NCBI GenBank assembly: GCA_049970055.1 | Contig: JBMFNR010000001.1 | Location: forward strand, 576,001 to 640,000 | Direction of reading: 5' to 3' | Length of the DNA stretch: 64,000 nt | From: Fervidobacterium sp. | GTDB taxonomy: Bacteria; Thermotogota; Thermotogae; Thermotogales; Fervidobacteriaceae | Part shown: positions 1 to 8,832 of the stretch, in pieces | How the letters are laid out: each line of letters begins with the position of its first letter | Position numbering within the stretch: position 1 is the stretch's first letter | The notes under the pieces: generated by a model | What the model was told of the DNA's origin: nothing | Database searches by the model: none | The model's input: the letters and a program-made list of their open reading frames with translations, nothing else | Made by a program: the position numbers and the translations under genes

Positions 1-1342
1 ATGCAGATATAAGTGACGGCTCGATTCCCATATTTATAAGCCTATCAATTGCACCTGCTGCTGTGTTTGTATGGAGAGTGGAAAGAACTAAGTGACCTGT
101 GAGAGAAGCTTCAACGGCAAGCTGAGCAGTTTCTCTATCACGTATTTCTCCAACCATTATGATGTCAGGGTCTTGCCTGAGAAATGCTCTCAAGTACTTT
201 GCAAAAGTTAAGCCTATTTCTGTATTAACTTGACATTGAGTGATACCTTCAACCGTGTATTCAACAGGATCTTCAGCGGTTACTATATTCACATCTTCAG
301 AATTCAATGAATTTATTATCGCAACAAGAGTTGTAGATTTACCACTTCCCGTTGGTCCAGTTACTAAAATAATTCCATAAGGATGCTCTATTAATTTTTG
401 AATCCTTTCGAAATTGTATGGCGAATAACCGAGATCTTCGAGCTTCTTTTTTGAAGAAGAAACTTTCAAAATCCTCATAACGATCTTTTCACCATGTACA
501 GAAGGCATTGTAGAGACACGAAGATCATATTGTTCTTCGTTTTTCTTTATAAAGAACTTACCATCCTGTGGTAACCGGCGCTCCACTATATCAAGGCCTG
601 AGAGTATCTTAATTCTTGAAACAACAGCTGAGTGCATGTTTCGAGGATACTCTGTTATTTTTCTAAGTACCCCATCTATCCTATATCGGACCACAACATT
701 GCGCCTTTGTGGTTCTATATGAACGTCGCTTGCATCAAGTTCGATGGCATGATTTACGATGTTTGAAACAAGTCTCACAACAGGTGTTTCTTCTTCAGTC
801 ATTTCTTTTTTTTCTTCCTCTTTTTCTGCAATTTCCTCTTGCTGTTGATCGATCACATCTGTTATTTCGTTTACGAAAGTCGCAGGACTAACACCATGTA
901 AAACACTGTTGTATATAGTTTCAAACAACGAGGGAGAAAAGAGGCAGAAATCGACATCTTTTCCGAGTCTGAATTTTATACGCCTTTTTACTACGGGGAT
1001 ATCATAGACATTTGAAATTCCGACAATCAATTTCCCATCAACTTCTTTTATAGGAACTACTTTCAACTCCTGTACTAGGTCTTTTGGAAAGTTCTTGGCA
1101 AATTCTTCATCGATTTGAACTTCACCAGTGCATGCTTGGATTCCAAATTGTTCAGCTAAGGCTTTCACAATATCATCCCACGTACAGTACCCCATCTGCA
1201 CAAGTACTTCACCAAGAGGTTTTCTTACTTCCGCCTGCAATTCCAGAGCTCTCTCAAGCTCAATCGGAGTTATTATTTTTTTCTCAACCAAAACATCCCC
1301 AAGTTTCTTGGGCTTAACATCACTTTTAACTTCTTTTTCCAA
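1..1342 (-). CDS. PilB/GspE-family secretion/pilus assembly ATPase (3' end runs off the window)
   Basis: Not in the ORF track. Manual translation from TTG at 1342 gives MEKEVKSDVKPKKLGDVLVEKK..., Walker A TGPTGSGKSTT, TAEDPVEY, and LRQDPDIIMVGEIRD. Confidence 0.9.
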   Translation of the reverse strand, partial: MEKEVKSDVKPKKLGDVLVEKKIITPIELERALELQAEVRKPLGEVLVQMGYCTWDDIVKALAEQFGIQACTGEVQIDEEFAKNFPKDLVQELKVVPIKEVDGKLIVGISNVYDIPVVKRRIKFRLGKDVDFCLFSPSLFETIYNSVLHGVSPATFVNEITDVIDQQQEEIAEKEEEKKEMTEEETPVVRLVSNIVNHAIELDASDVHIEPQRRNVVVRYRIDGVLRKITEYPRNMHSAVVSRIKILSGLDIVERRLPQDGKFFIKKNEEQYDLRVSTMPSVHGEKIVMRILKVSSSKKKLEDLGYSPYNFERIQKLIEHPYGIILVTGPTGSGKSTTLVAIINSLNSEDVNIVTAEDPVEYTVEGITQCQVNTEIGLTFAKYLRAFLRQDPDIIMVGEIRDRETAQLAVEASLTGHLVLSTLHTNTAAGAIDRLINMGIEPSLISA

Positions 1343-1354
1343 GAGTTTCCCCCC

Positions 1355-2422
1355 TTACTCGCCAACCCTTCCTTTGTACTCGAGACCAAACTTATAAATC
1401 GCAGGTATATCATCCTCTGATTTCGTAAATTTTTCTTCGACATCAAATTTTGTTGCTATAACTGTTACTCTCATTTCATCATCGGATAATTCATCATCAA
1501 TTACCATACCAAATTTCATGTCGGCATCTTCACTGCACGTTTGTTTAACGATCATCGCAGCTTCTTGCATTTCTTGGAGTGTTGCATTCTTCGGTGCTGA
1601 AATATTCAGAATTATTGACCGGGCGTTCTCGATAGGATAGTCAAGGAACTTACTATCGAGAGCTTTTCGTGCAGCATCAAAAACACGTTTCTCACCTTTA
1701 CCTACTCCTATTCCAAGCATTGCGTTACCTGCGTTTCTCATTACAGATTCGATATCAGCAAAATCAAGGTTAATGTAACCTCGCTTCATTATGAGATCGG
1801 ATATTCCCCTGACCCCTTGATGAAGTATTTCGTCGGCAGTTGAAAAAGCGTCAACTATTGTTGTCGACGGTGATAGCTGCTCTAAAAGTTTATTGTTGCT
1901 TATCTTTATGAGAGTATCCACCTTTCCGGATATCTTTTTAACGCCATCAAGCGCCGCGTTCCATCTCGGTGTTCCTTCAAAGAAAAATGGTAATGTTATT
2001 ATGGCTACAGTCAGTATTCCAAGGTTTTTGGCTATCTCAGCGATAACGGGAGCTGCACCTGTACCGGTCCCTCCACCAAAACCAGCAGTGATGAAAAGCA
2101 TATCCGTTCCGTGAAGTATATCTTCGAGCTTTTTTCTATCCTCCAAAGCTGCTTCTTCACCGATTTTCGGATTTCCACCGGCACCGAGTCCTTTAGTTAA
2201 TTTCTCTCCTATTTGAACAACTACATCCGCCTTACTTACTTCAAGGACCTGTGCGTCTGTATTGACCGCGATTAATGTAACTCCTTTGAGCCCCATCTCC
2301 GCCATTCTATTTATCGCGTTACACCCCGCACCGCCGACACCAATTACTTTCAAAACAGGAACACCGAGAATTCTTTCGTGTTGTTGATTCAATTTACCTT
2401 CCTTTTCTATCATAAATGGCAT
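1355..2422 (-). CDS. ftsZ: Cell division protein FtsZ
   Basis: GVGGAGCNA, GAGGNP, GGGTGTGAAP and NLDFAD motifs. Start moved to ATG 2422 behind a GGGAGG RBS. Confidence 0.98.
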   Translation of the reverse strand: MPFMIEKEGKLNQQHERILGVPVLKVIGVGGAGCNAINRMAEMGLKGVTLIAVNTDAQVLEVSKADVVVQIGEKLTKGLGAGGNPKIGEEAALEDRKKLEDILHGTDMLFITAGFGGGTGTGAAPVIAEIAKNLGILTVAIITLPFFFEGTPRWNAALDGVKKISGKVDTLIKISNNKLLEQLSPSTTIVDAFSTADEILHQGVRGISDLIMKRGYINLDFADIESVMRNAGNAMLGIGVGKGEKRVFDAARKALDSKFLDYPIENARSIILNISAPKNATLQEMQEAAMIVKQTCSEDADMKFGMVIDDELSDDEMRVTVIATKFDVEEKFTKSEDDIPAIYKFGLEYKGRVGE

Positions 2423-2490
2423 GAATTTTCCCTCCCGAGATTTTTTGTTATACTCCACCATGCTTTACCATACTTTCATTTTTAACCGAT

Positions 2491-3765
2491 TTAACCGAAT
2501 ATCTTTCCGAAAACATCTGACAATTTTTTGAAAAAACCTGGACCAGTTCTTTTAGGTTTTTCACCAGCAAGCGGGCTGTAAATATTTTGTTCTTTTTCGT
2601 AAACAATAATATTTCCAAATGTTGCCGCATACAAAGGTGAGAACACAGATATATCTTCATTCTCGCATTTAAATTTTTCTACATCAAATAAGTTCCCTAT
2701 TCTAACAGGACATCTAAATATATCACTTGCAAGTGTTTCAATTCTCTGAAGCAACGCGCCACCACCTGTTAGAACTATACCACCTGGGATCCCAACATTA
2801 GCAAATTCTGAGTATTTCAGCGTGTAGTCTTTGTACAATTTTTTAACCCTCATGAAAATTTCTCTAAGTCGTGCGTAAATTATTCTCGAAAGGTATTCTT
2901 TGTCCGTCCGTTGAATTGTCCTACCATCCAATCCTTTGTATTCTATCAATGTGGGTTCAACATCCATGTACATCGCAACTCCATATGTCCTTAACAGTCT
3001 TTCAGCCTCTTGAATTGATGTTTTTAGAACTATCGCGATATCTTTAATTACGTTTTTCATCGCGATATCTATTCTTTCCAATTCCAATGGAGTGTTAGCA
3101 TGGTAAAGTGTCACAACTGTCGAATTATACCCAAGATCGACGTGCAAAACCCCCCGATCTTTTTCTACATTCGAAAGTACTGCTTCCGCGTTAGATATAA
3201 AAGAAATATAGTACTCTGCTTCACCTAGTATATCTTTAGTTGCATATTCTACGACGTTTCTGTATTTTTCTGATCCCATAACTATGGTGTAAACTGCACT
3301 GACCTTTTTTGCTTTCATTCCAACAGGGTTTACAACTATTTTTCTGTCATCTAATATGTATTTTTTGACAAATAAGTGTAAAGAATTTTTTTCATTATTT
3401 GGTGCTATGTCCGAAAGTAGATTTTCTGTTAATTTTGAAACGTGTTCATCCGATATGTATCCCTCTTCTTTATCATTCAAAAGAAGTTCTTCGGTGACCT
3501 CTGTTAGTGTAAAATCACCGCAACTCGAAGAGACAAGAAGTTCTCCTTTAAGTTCCCTACCAATCTGGTCTTCTAAGTCTTCAACGATCTGAATCATTGA
3601 TTCGTTAAGTGCGACAACATCTTTTATCTCTCCATTTTCTATCCCACGAGTTTTAACATTTGAATAAGCTATAACGTTGGCTACCCCATCTGAGAAATCC
3701 ACCACGATAGCTTTTACGCTGTCATTACCAATATCAAGCGAGACTATCTCGTGACTTTTTGCCAT
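2491..3765 (-). CDS. ftsA: Cell division protein FtsA
   Basis: SLDIG N-terminus, VDLG, GIVLTGGG, C-terminal amphipathic helix (FFKKLSDVFGKIFG); directly upstream of ftsZ. Confidence 0.95.
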   Translation of the reverse strand: MAKSHEIVSLDIGNDSVKAIVVDFSDGVANVIAYSNVKTRGIENGEIKDVVALNESMIQIVEDLEDQIGRELKGELLVSSSCGDFTLTEVTEELLLNDKEEGYISDEHVSKLTENLLSDIAPNNEKNSLHLFVKKYILDDRKIVVNPVGMKAKKVSAVYTIVMGSEKYRNVVEYATKDILGEAEYYISFISNAEAVLSNVEKDRGVLHVDLGYNSTVVTLYHANTPLELERIDIAMKNVIKDIAIVLKTSIQEAERLLRTYGVAMYMDVEPTLIEYKGLDGRTIQRTDKEYLSRIIYARLREIFMRVKKLYKDYTLKYSEFANVGIPGGIVLTGGGALLQRIETLASDIFRCPVRIGNLFDVEKFKCENEDISVFSPLYAATFGNIIVYEKEQNIYSPLAGEKPKRTGPGFFKKLSDVFGKIFG

Positions 3766-3777
3766 ATTGTCACCCCT

Positions 3778-4242
3778 TTATATTGAATATAATTTTCCGT
3801 TCTTAAAGAGATATTTTTTTCCTGTGTCTAGATATTGACCAACAGTTCTAAGAACGCTTAAACAGTTTGGAATATCTTCTAAGCTCGTTAAGTAAATTAT
3901 CGCTGCGTTAACCGTTGTTACATACTTTTCTGCCAAATTTATTTCAAATATCGTAGATGGAATCTGCTTTGGAACATAAATCAGTAATTTATCTTTTATT
4001 TGCCCGTTTATTTCATTAATTGTAAGCCCAGTTACTATAGGTGCTGAATCCATTTTGTCTTCGGGCAAAACATCATATATTTTACCATAATCGTTGACTA
4101 ACCAGATTCTTTGCTCATAATACAGAGAGAACCAATAAACATTGTGGGTTGCAATGGAATTCTCAGTTTTTTCTGCAGAAGTTGCAACCCATGCAATAAG
4201 AACTAAAACATAAATTAAAAGTACGACATTGTACCTTTTCAT
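3778..4242 (-). CDS. Membrane-anchored protein, possible truncated FtsQ/DivIB-like
   Basis: N-terminal TM helix; LVNDYGKIY...PIVTGL resembles the FtsQ C-terminal domain; occupies the ftsQ position before ftsA. Confidence 0.45.
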   Translation of the reverse strand: MKRYNVVLLIYVLVLIAWVATSAEKTENSIATHNVYWFSLYYEQRIWLVNDYGKIYDVLPEDKMDSAPIVTGLTINEINGQIKDKLLIYVPKQIPSTIFEINLAEKYVTTVNAAIIYLTSLEDIPNCLSVLRTVGQYLDTGKKYLFKNGKLYSI

Positions 4243-4421
4243 TCATAAATCACCTTAGTTTTGATAATTTAAAAGCATACTCCTAGCATTTTATGGTTTC
4301 GTTTCTTCGTATTAATTTTACCACAAAATCTTGATCTAGGTGAATACGAATTTTAATTAATCTGATATAATATAATCAAACTGAATTTTGTACAGATAGA
4401 TTGTATGGAGGTGAAAATACT

Positions 4422-6359
4422 ATGGATCTGCGTTTAAAATGGTACATTATGACTTTTGTTACCGCTTTTTTAATTGTTTCATCAATACTTTTTTCTGAAA
4501 GTATTGTGTATAAAACAGGTGAATCTATGGACGGAAAATTAATAGGCGCGATTGATCAAAACCTAGTGTTTGATACTACTTTGGGCCGTATATTTGTTCC
4601 TATTCAGCAGGTAGATTTCGTTATTTACAATAAAATAGTGAATCCAGAGAAAGGTTTCATTTCAATTTCTGGTAATAAAATCTCTGGATATGTGGAAAAC
4701 ATAAACGATGGATACGTAACCGTTGTGACGAACTTTGGAAAAATGAAAATTAAGTTATCTAATGATATAGATTACCTGTCCTTCTCAAAGGTCGATCTTC
4801 AAATACCAAGCCAAGTTAGCACTTTTACTGTTGAGCTTACCACGTCAGATAATTACGCGGTATTTTTGTCCTCGGGTGAGATGGTTACTGGCATGAAATT
4901 AAGCGAAAATGAAGGGTATCTAACGCTGATCGATAAGTATGGAAATGAGCTGCAAATAAGAAGAGATTTTGTTGAAACAGTTTTTATTCCTGTCGTAAAA
5001 GCCATAGGTTATGACCTTTTAATACTAAAAGATGGGAGAAAAATTTACGGCAAAGTCACAACAAAAAATAACCAAATTTATGAGATCTCCGCTGAATGGG
5101 GAAAATTAACAATCAGTGTTTCAGAAGTTGTATTTACAACTTATAGGCCTGACAAAACAACTCAATCTCTTCAACAATTTACTCAAGAAGTACAAAAATT
5201 AAATAACTTAATTTATGACAAAGATTCAATAGCGACCATGGTGGTTAAAAACCCTCTTAAAGTCGATGGTAAAGAAGTGAGAGTTGTAAAAGTTTACCCC
5301 GAGGAAGTTGTTGATCCACGAACAGGTGTCGTATTCGTTTTTGTACCTGGTGGAATATTCAAGATGGGAGCGGAAAAGGATTGGGATAAGGTCGAAGAAG
5401 ATGAGTTGCCGTCAAGAAATGTATATGTATCTGGTTTTTACATCTCAAAATATCCGATTACGGTTAAGCAATACATCGATTTCTTGCGAGCTGCACAAGT
5501 TTCGAATGTTGCCATAGGTAACAATATTTTACCAGTTCAAATTAATTTTCTCGGTTCACAGTTCAACGTGAGTTATAAAGCCCAAAGCGATGTTCTAAAT
5601 TTACCTATAACAGGTATCAGTTGGAACTCTGCAAAGGCTTATTGTGATTGGGCTGGTTATCAATTACCAACAGAAGCACAATGGGAAAAGGCTGCACGAG
5701 GTACAGATGGAAGAATGTACCCGTGGGGAAACACCTTCCAAAACAAGTACAACGACGGAAAGAAAAATTATGATGTGAAAGCTTTCGAAACTACTGATGT
5801 TTCACCTTACGGTGTGGTTAATATGTACGGGTACCCAGTTGAGTACTGTCGTGATTTTTACGATAAAGATGCCTACAAAAAGCTACCAGCTGAAAATCCG
5901 GTTAGCACTTCTGGGAATTTGGTTGTTGGCCGTGTTGGAGCACTTTCCGGGCGGATCACCGACAAGATAGCAGTAGCCCCATCGGAAATTCGTAATGACT
6001 TTACGTTTAGAGTAGTCATTAATGCAGACAATATATTCACCCTTTTTGATAAACCAACTAACAATAAATTAATGGGAGTTACGTGGTTCGTGGTAAACGA
6101 AAAGGTGAAAACGCAATACAATATAAAAAATGAAGGCATGTATATTGCCTTTGTAGAAGAAGGTTCCCCTGCACAACTCGCTGGTATTAAAATCGGAGAT
6201 GTAGTAATCAGTATAGACAAAAAGCCGATAAAAACCCAAGATGACATAGTAAAAAGTATTTCCGGGAAAAAGATTGGTGATGAGGTAACGGTAACCGTTA
6301 ATAGGTCTGGAAAAATTATAGATTTGAAAGTCAATTTGGGAATTTGGAAACTCTATTAA
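4422..6359 (+). CDS. Exported protein with FGE-sulfatase (SUMF1-like) domain and C-terminal PDZ domain
   Basis: Signal peptide; VPGGIFKMG, ISKYPIT, LPTEAQWEKAARG, YPWG; PDZ motif GSPAQLAGIKIGDVVISID. ATG 4422 follows GGAGGTGA. Confidence 0.85.
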   Translation: MDLRLKWYIMTFVTAFLIVSSILFSESIVYKTGESMDGKLIGAIDQNLVFDTTLGRIFVPIQQVDFVIYNKIVNPEKGFISISGNKISGYVENINDGYVTVVTNFGKMKIKLSNDIDYLSFSKVDLQIPSQVSTFTVELTTSDNYAVFLSSGEMVTGMKLSENEGYLTLIDKYGNELQIRRDFVETVFIPVVKAIGYDLLILKDGRKIYGKVTTKNNQIYEISAEWGKLTISVSEVVFTTYRPDKTTQSLQQFTQEVQKLNNLIYDKDSIATMVVKNPLKVDGKEVRVVKVYPEEVVDPRTGVVFVFVPGGIFKMGAEKDWDKVEEDELPSRNVYVSGFYISKYPITVKQYIDFLRAAQVSNVAIGNNILPVQINFLGSQFNVSYKAQSDVLNLPITGISWNSAKAYCDWAGYQLPTEAQWEKAARGTDGRMYPWGNTFQNKYNDGKKNYDVKAFETTDVSPYGVVNMYGYPVEYCRDFYDKDAYKKLPAENPVSTSGNLVVGRVGALSGRITDKIAVAPSEIRNDFTFRVVINADNIFTLFDKPTNNKLMGVTWFVVNEKVKTQYNIKNEGMYIAFVEEGSPAQLAGIKIGDVVISIDKKPIKTQDDIVKSISGKKIGDEVTVTVNRSGKIIDLKVNLGIWKLY

Positions 6360-6901
6360 CTTAGCTTTTCAAAGAAGTACTCTTCAAACTTTTTTACTTT
6401 GCCCGCATCGACGTCACAGAAGATAATTTTTTCAATTGGACCATTGTAATCTTTTAAATAATCAATTAAAGTTTCGATAACGACATGTGCAAATCTTTCA
6501 AATGGATAGCCGAAAATACCTGTTCCAACGAACGGTAATGCGATGTTTTTCACACCGAGTTCATCTGCCTTCTCAATTATGTTTGTTATACATTTTTTCA
6601 TAATTTCATCGTTTTCTAACTTGTCTCCAATGGGACCAACGGCATGTATGACATATTTAGCCGGTAAGCTACCAGCACTTGTGACAGCGACTCCTCCTGG
6701 TGGTACCGGTCCATGTTTTTTCACATATTCGTCACTTTCTTTTTGGATTTCGGGCCCTCCTCTACGCGAAATTACACCTGCAACTCCCCCACCGTGACTC
6801 AAGTGCAAATTCGCAGCGTTCACTATTGCGTCGACATTTTGCATGGTGATATCATCTACGATAAAATGTATCTCAACAGGCTTCTTACCAAAACTTATCA
6901 T
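6356..6901 (-). CDS. Macro-domain protein (ADP-ribose binding, MacroD/YmdB-like)
   Basis: DIT, NAAN.L.HGGGVAG, VIHAVGP and GTGIFGYP motifs. Confidence 0.92.
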   Translation of the reverse strand: MISFGKKPVEIHFIVDDITMQNVDAIVNAANLHLSHGGGVAGVISRRGGPEIQKESDEYVKKHGPVPPGGVAVTSAGSLPAKYVIHAVGPIGDKLENDEIMKKCITNIIEKADELGVKNIALPFVGTGIFGYPFERFAHVVIETLIDYLKDYNGPIEKIIFCDVDAGKVKKFEEYFFEKLS

Positions 6902-6935
6902 CTTTTACCACCTCTTATTGCTCAAGTTAAATAAT

Positions 6936-7677
6936 TTAGTCTTTTCGATCTTCTTCAAATCTCTCCGGCCAAAGTTTTCTGTATATTTCACCTATTCTTG
7001 CTTCTTTCGATATGTTATTAGGGTAATAGAATCTTTCTTTTATCTCCTTTGGTAAGTAACTTTGCTTTACAAATCCACCAAACGCATGGGGATATTTGTA
7101 ACCGCTATCCTCAACGTTTAGCAAGTGCCTTGGTACGGGAATGTTCATAGATTGCTTGGCCACCATTTGCGCTTTGTTTACGGCTTCGTAACTTGAATTA
7201 CTTTTTGGGGCAAGAGAAAGGTATATTACACACTCTGCTAGGTTAATAACACATTCTGGTAAACCAACGTTCTCAACTGCTTGCATAGTTGCCGTGGCCA
7301 GTACAAGAGCGAATGGATCTGCAAGGCCTATATCTTCGCTTGCTAGTATGACAAGCCTTCTTGATATAAACCTTGGATCTTCCCCTCCATTTAACATACG
7401 TGCCATATAGTAGAGTGCAGCATCTGGGTCACTTCCTCGAATGCTTTTTATAAAAGCGGATGCTAAGTTATAGTGTTCCGAATCTGTATATTTTGTTAGA
7501 TTTTCACCTACGTACATTTCAAATACTTCTTTATCTATGGTGCTTTTTCGCATCACCTTTGCCATGTTCGAGAGAATTTCGTAGGTGTTGATTAAGAATC
7601 TACCGTCGCCATTTGAAGATTTAACAAGCTGTTCTTTAATTGTATTCTCAACTTCGACACCAACGTAGGAAATTACC
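6936..7677 (-). pseudogene. rarA: rarA/mgsA 3' half (interrupted gene)
   Basis: SAFIKSIRGSDPDAALYY, ASEDIGLAD, APKSNS, YKYPH. The frame stays open upstream of the listed ATG as VISYVGVEVENTIKEQLVKSSNGDGRFLINTYE (RarA lid region) up to about 7677. Confidence 0.9.
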
Positions 7678-7713
7678 CTTACGTAAACAATCGGTAAAAT
7701 CTAAATTACGTAC

Positions 7714-7742
7714 TTGACAAAATGTTGTTTTTGTGGTATAAT
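7714..7742 (+). promoter_or_regulatory. Consensus sigma70-type promoter inside the insertion
   Basis: TTGACA (7714-7719), 17-bp spacer, TATAAT (7737-7742) with an extended -10 TG. Confidence 0.85.
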
Positions 7743-7790
7743 TTAGACGAAAAAGATTAACACAATTTTAACAATGCCAACTTAAACTTC

Positions 7791-7890
7791 TAACTTAGAT
7801 TATGTCTAATTTAGACATGGTCTAAGTTATTGCTTACATGTCAATAATACATAGCTTAGACAAGGTCTAAATTGTACTTTGTCTAAGCTA
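7791..7890. repeat. Two 39-bp palindromes, each made of two TTAGAC-N3-GTCTAA-like boxes
   Basis: Boxes at 7795-7809, 7811-7825, 7856-7870 and 7872-7886; palindromic units at 7791-7829 and 7852-7890. Confidence 0.9.
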
Positions 7891-7938
7891 AGTGTTTTCA
7901 TCGGCGTAACATCAAACTGTAAAGAAAGGGTGATGAGA

Positions 7939-8712
7939 ATGTGTAGGTTAGCGGCTTTTAGTAATCTAAAAGTTAAGGGTAAGTGGTTAGATTATCTAAC
8001 ACTTGCTCAAGGTGGTGATGGTAACGGGTTTATTTACCCCACCCCCGACATTGATATGAGAAAAGTAAAGGAAGGGCGGTTACACCACGAACTCTTTGGT
8101 GACTTCGTGGTTTCTAAATGGTACATAGAACCCGAGGTCACCATTGACTTTGAAGTTTCAACAATCTACTACAATTTTGGCATTGCTCAAGAAGTAGTCG
8201 AGCCAAAGAAAAAGTACAGACTCGTAGACTACGAGCATATGAACATTGCATCAAAGCCATGGTTACTATTCCACACCAGACTTGCAAGTGCTGGAGAACG
8301 GAAACTCGAAAATGTGCATCCAGCCATAGCAAAAAACGTACTACTGATGCAAAACGGTCACGACGTGAATTTTACCAAAAAGTTAGCAAAAGCGATGAAC
8401 TACAGTTACCTCGGAACAGATTATCATACAATAGCTTGGATGCTCGCTGACGGCGTGATAAAGCCAGAGTTATTGCTACATTCAACAAGTAACTGGTTCA
8501 TTATTGACATCGAAAAAAGAACATTCACCATTGTAAGCGCCAAAGAATTTGACCCACTCTTCTTCCACAAGAGCGGGAAGGGGTTCTATATTGCCTCTGA
8601 ACCGCTCGAAACAAATCACAAAGGATTTTACTTCACGGGTATCATTCGCTTTAACATCACGAGTGAGGGACTTAAAATATTAGACGAAGATATCGAAGTA
8701 CACGAAAAATAG
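7939..8712 (+). CDS. Class II (Ntn) glutamine amidotransferase-like protein
   Basis: ATG 7939 after GGGTGA gives M-CRL with the N-terminal Cys nucleophile; GDGNG, HTRLASAG, NVHP, QNG, GTD and IASEPL motifs. Confidence 0.85.
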   Translation: MCRLAAFSNLKVKGKWLDYLTLAQGGDGNGFIYPTPDIDMRKVKEGRLHHELFGDFVVSKWYIEPEVTIDFEVSTIYYNFGIAQEVVEPKKKYRLVDYEHMNIASKPWLLFHTRLASAGERKLENVHPAIAKNVLLMQNGHDVNFTKKLAKAMNYSYLGTDYHTIAWMLADGVIKPELLLHSTSNWFIIDIEKRTFTIVSAKEFDPLFFHKSGKGFYIASEPLETNHKGFYFTGIIRFNITSEGLKILDEDIEVHEK

Positions 8713-8832
8713 TTGGAAAGCATGGAAGGTCTCACTTTTAATAAAAAAGCGAAAAAAGGGGACGGTTTCCCACGCTAGAGCGGATTATACGACGTATATC
8801 TTCAACCAAATAGCCACCACCTTCTGTTGTTG

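Noticed and set aside
5300..6030. DGR target gene (FGE/CLec fold)
   Set aside because: No reverse transcriptase or template repeat is visible in the window.
7783..7810. dif/Xer-like site (TAA-N6-TTATGTCTAAT)
   Set aside because: Only the right arm resembles a XerD arm; it is explained by the palindrome and lies away from the junctions.
7791..7890. Mini CRISPR array
   Set aside because: Only two divergent, fully palindromic units with a 22-bp palindromic gap; no cas genes in the window.
7749..7930. IS110 bridge RNA
   Set aside because: The hairpins lack internal guide loops, only one 8-nt junction match was seen, and no IS110 recombinase is present.
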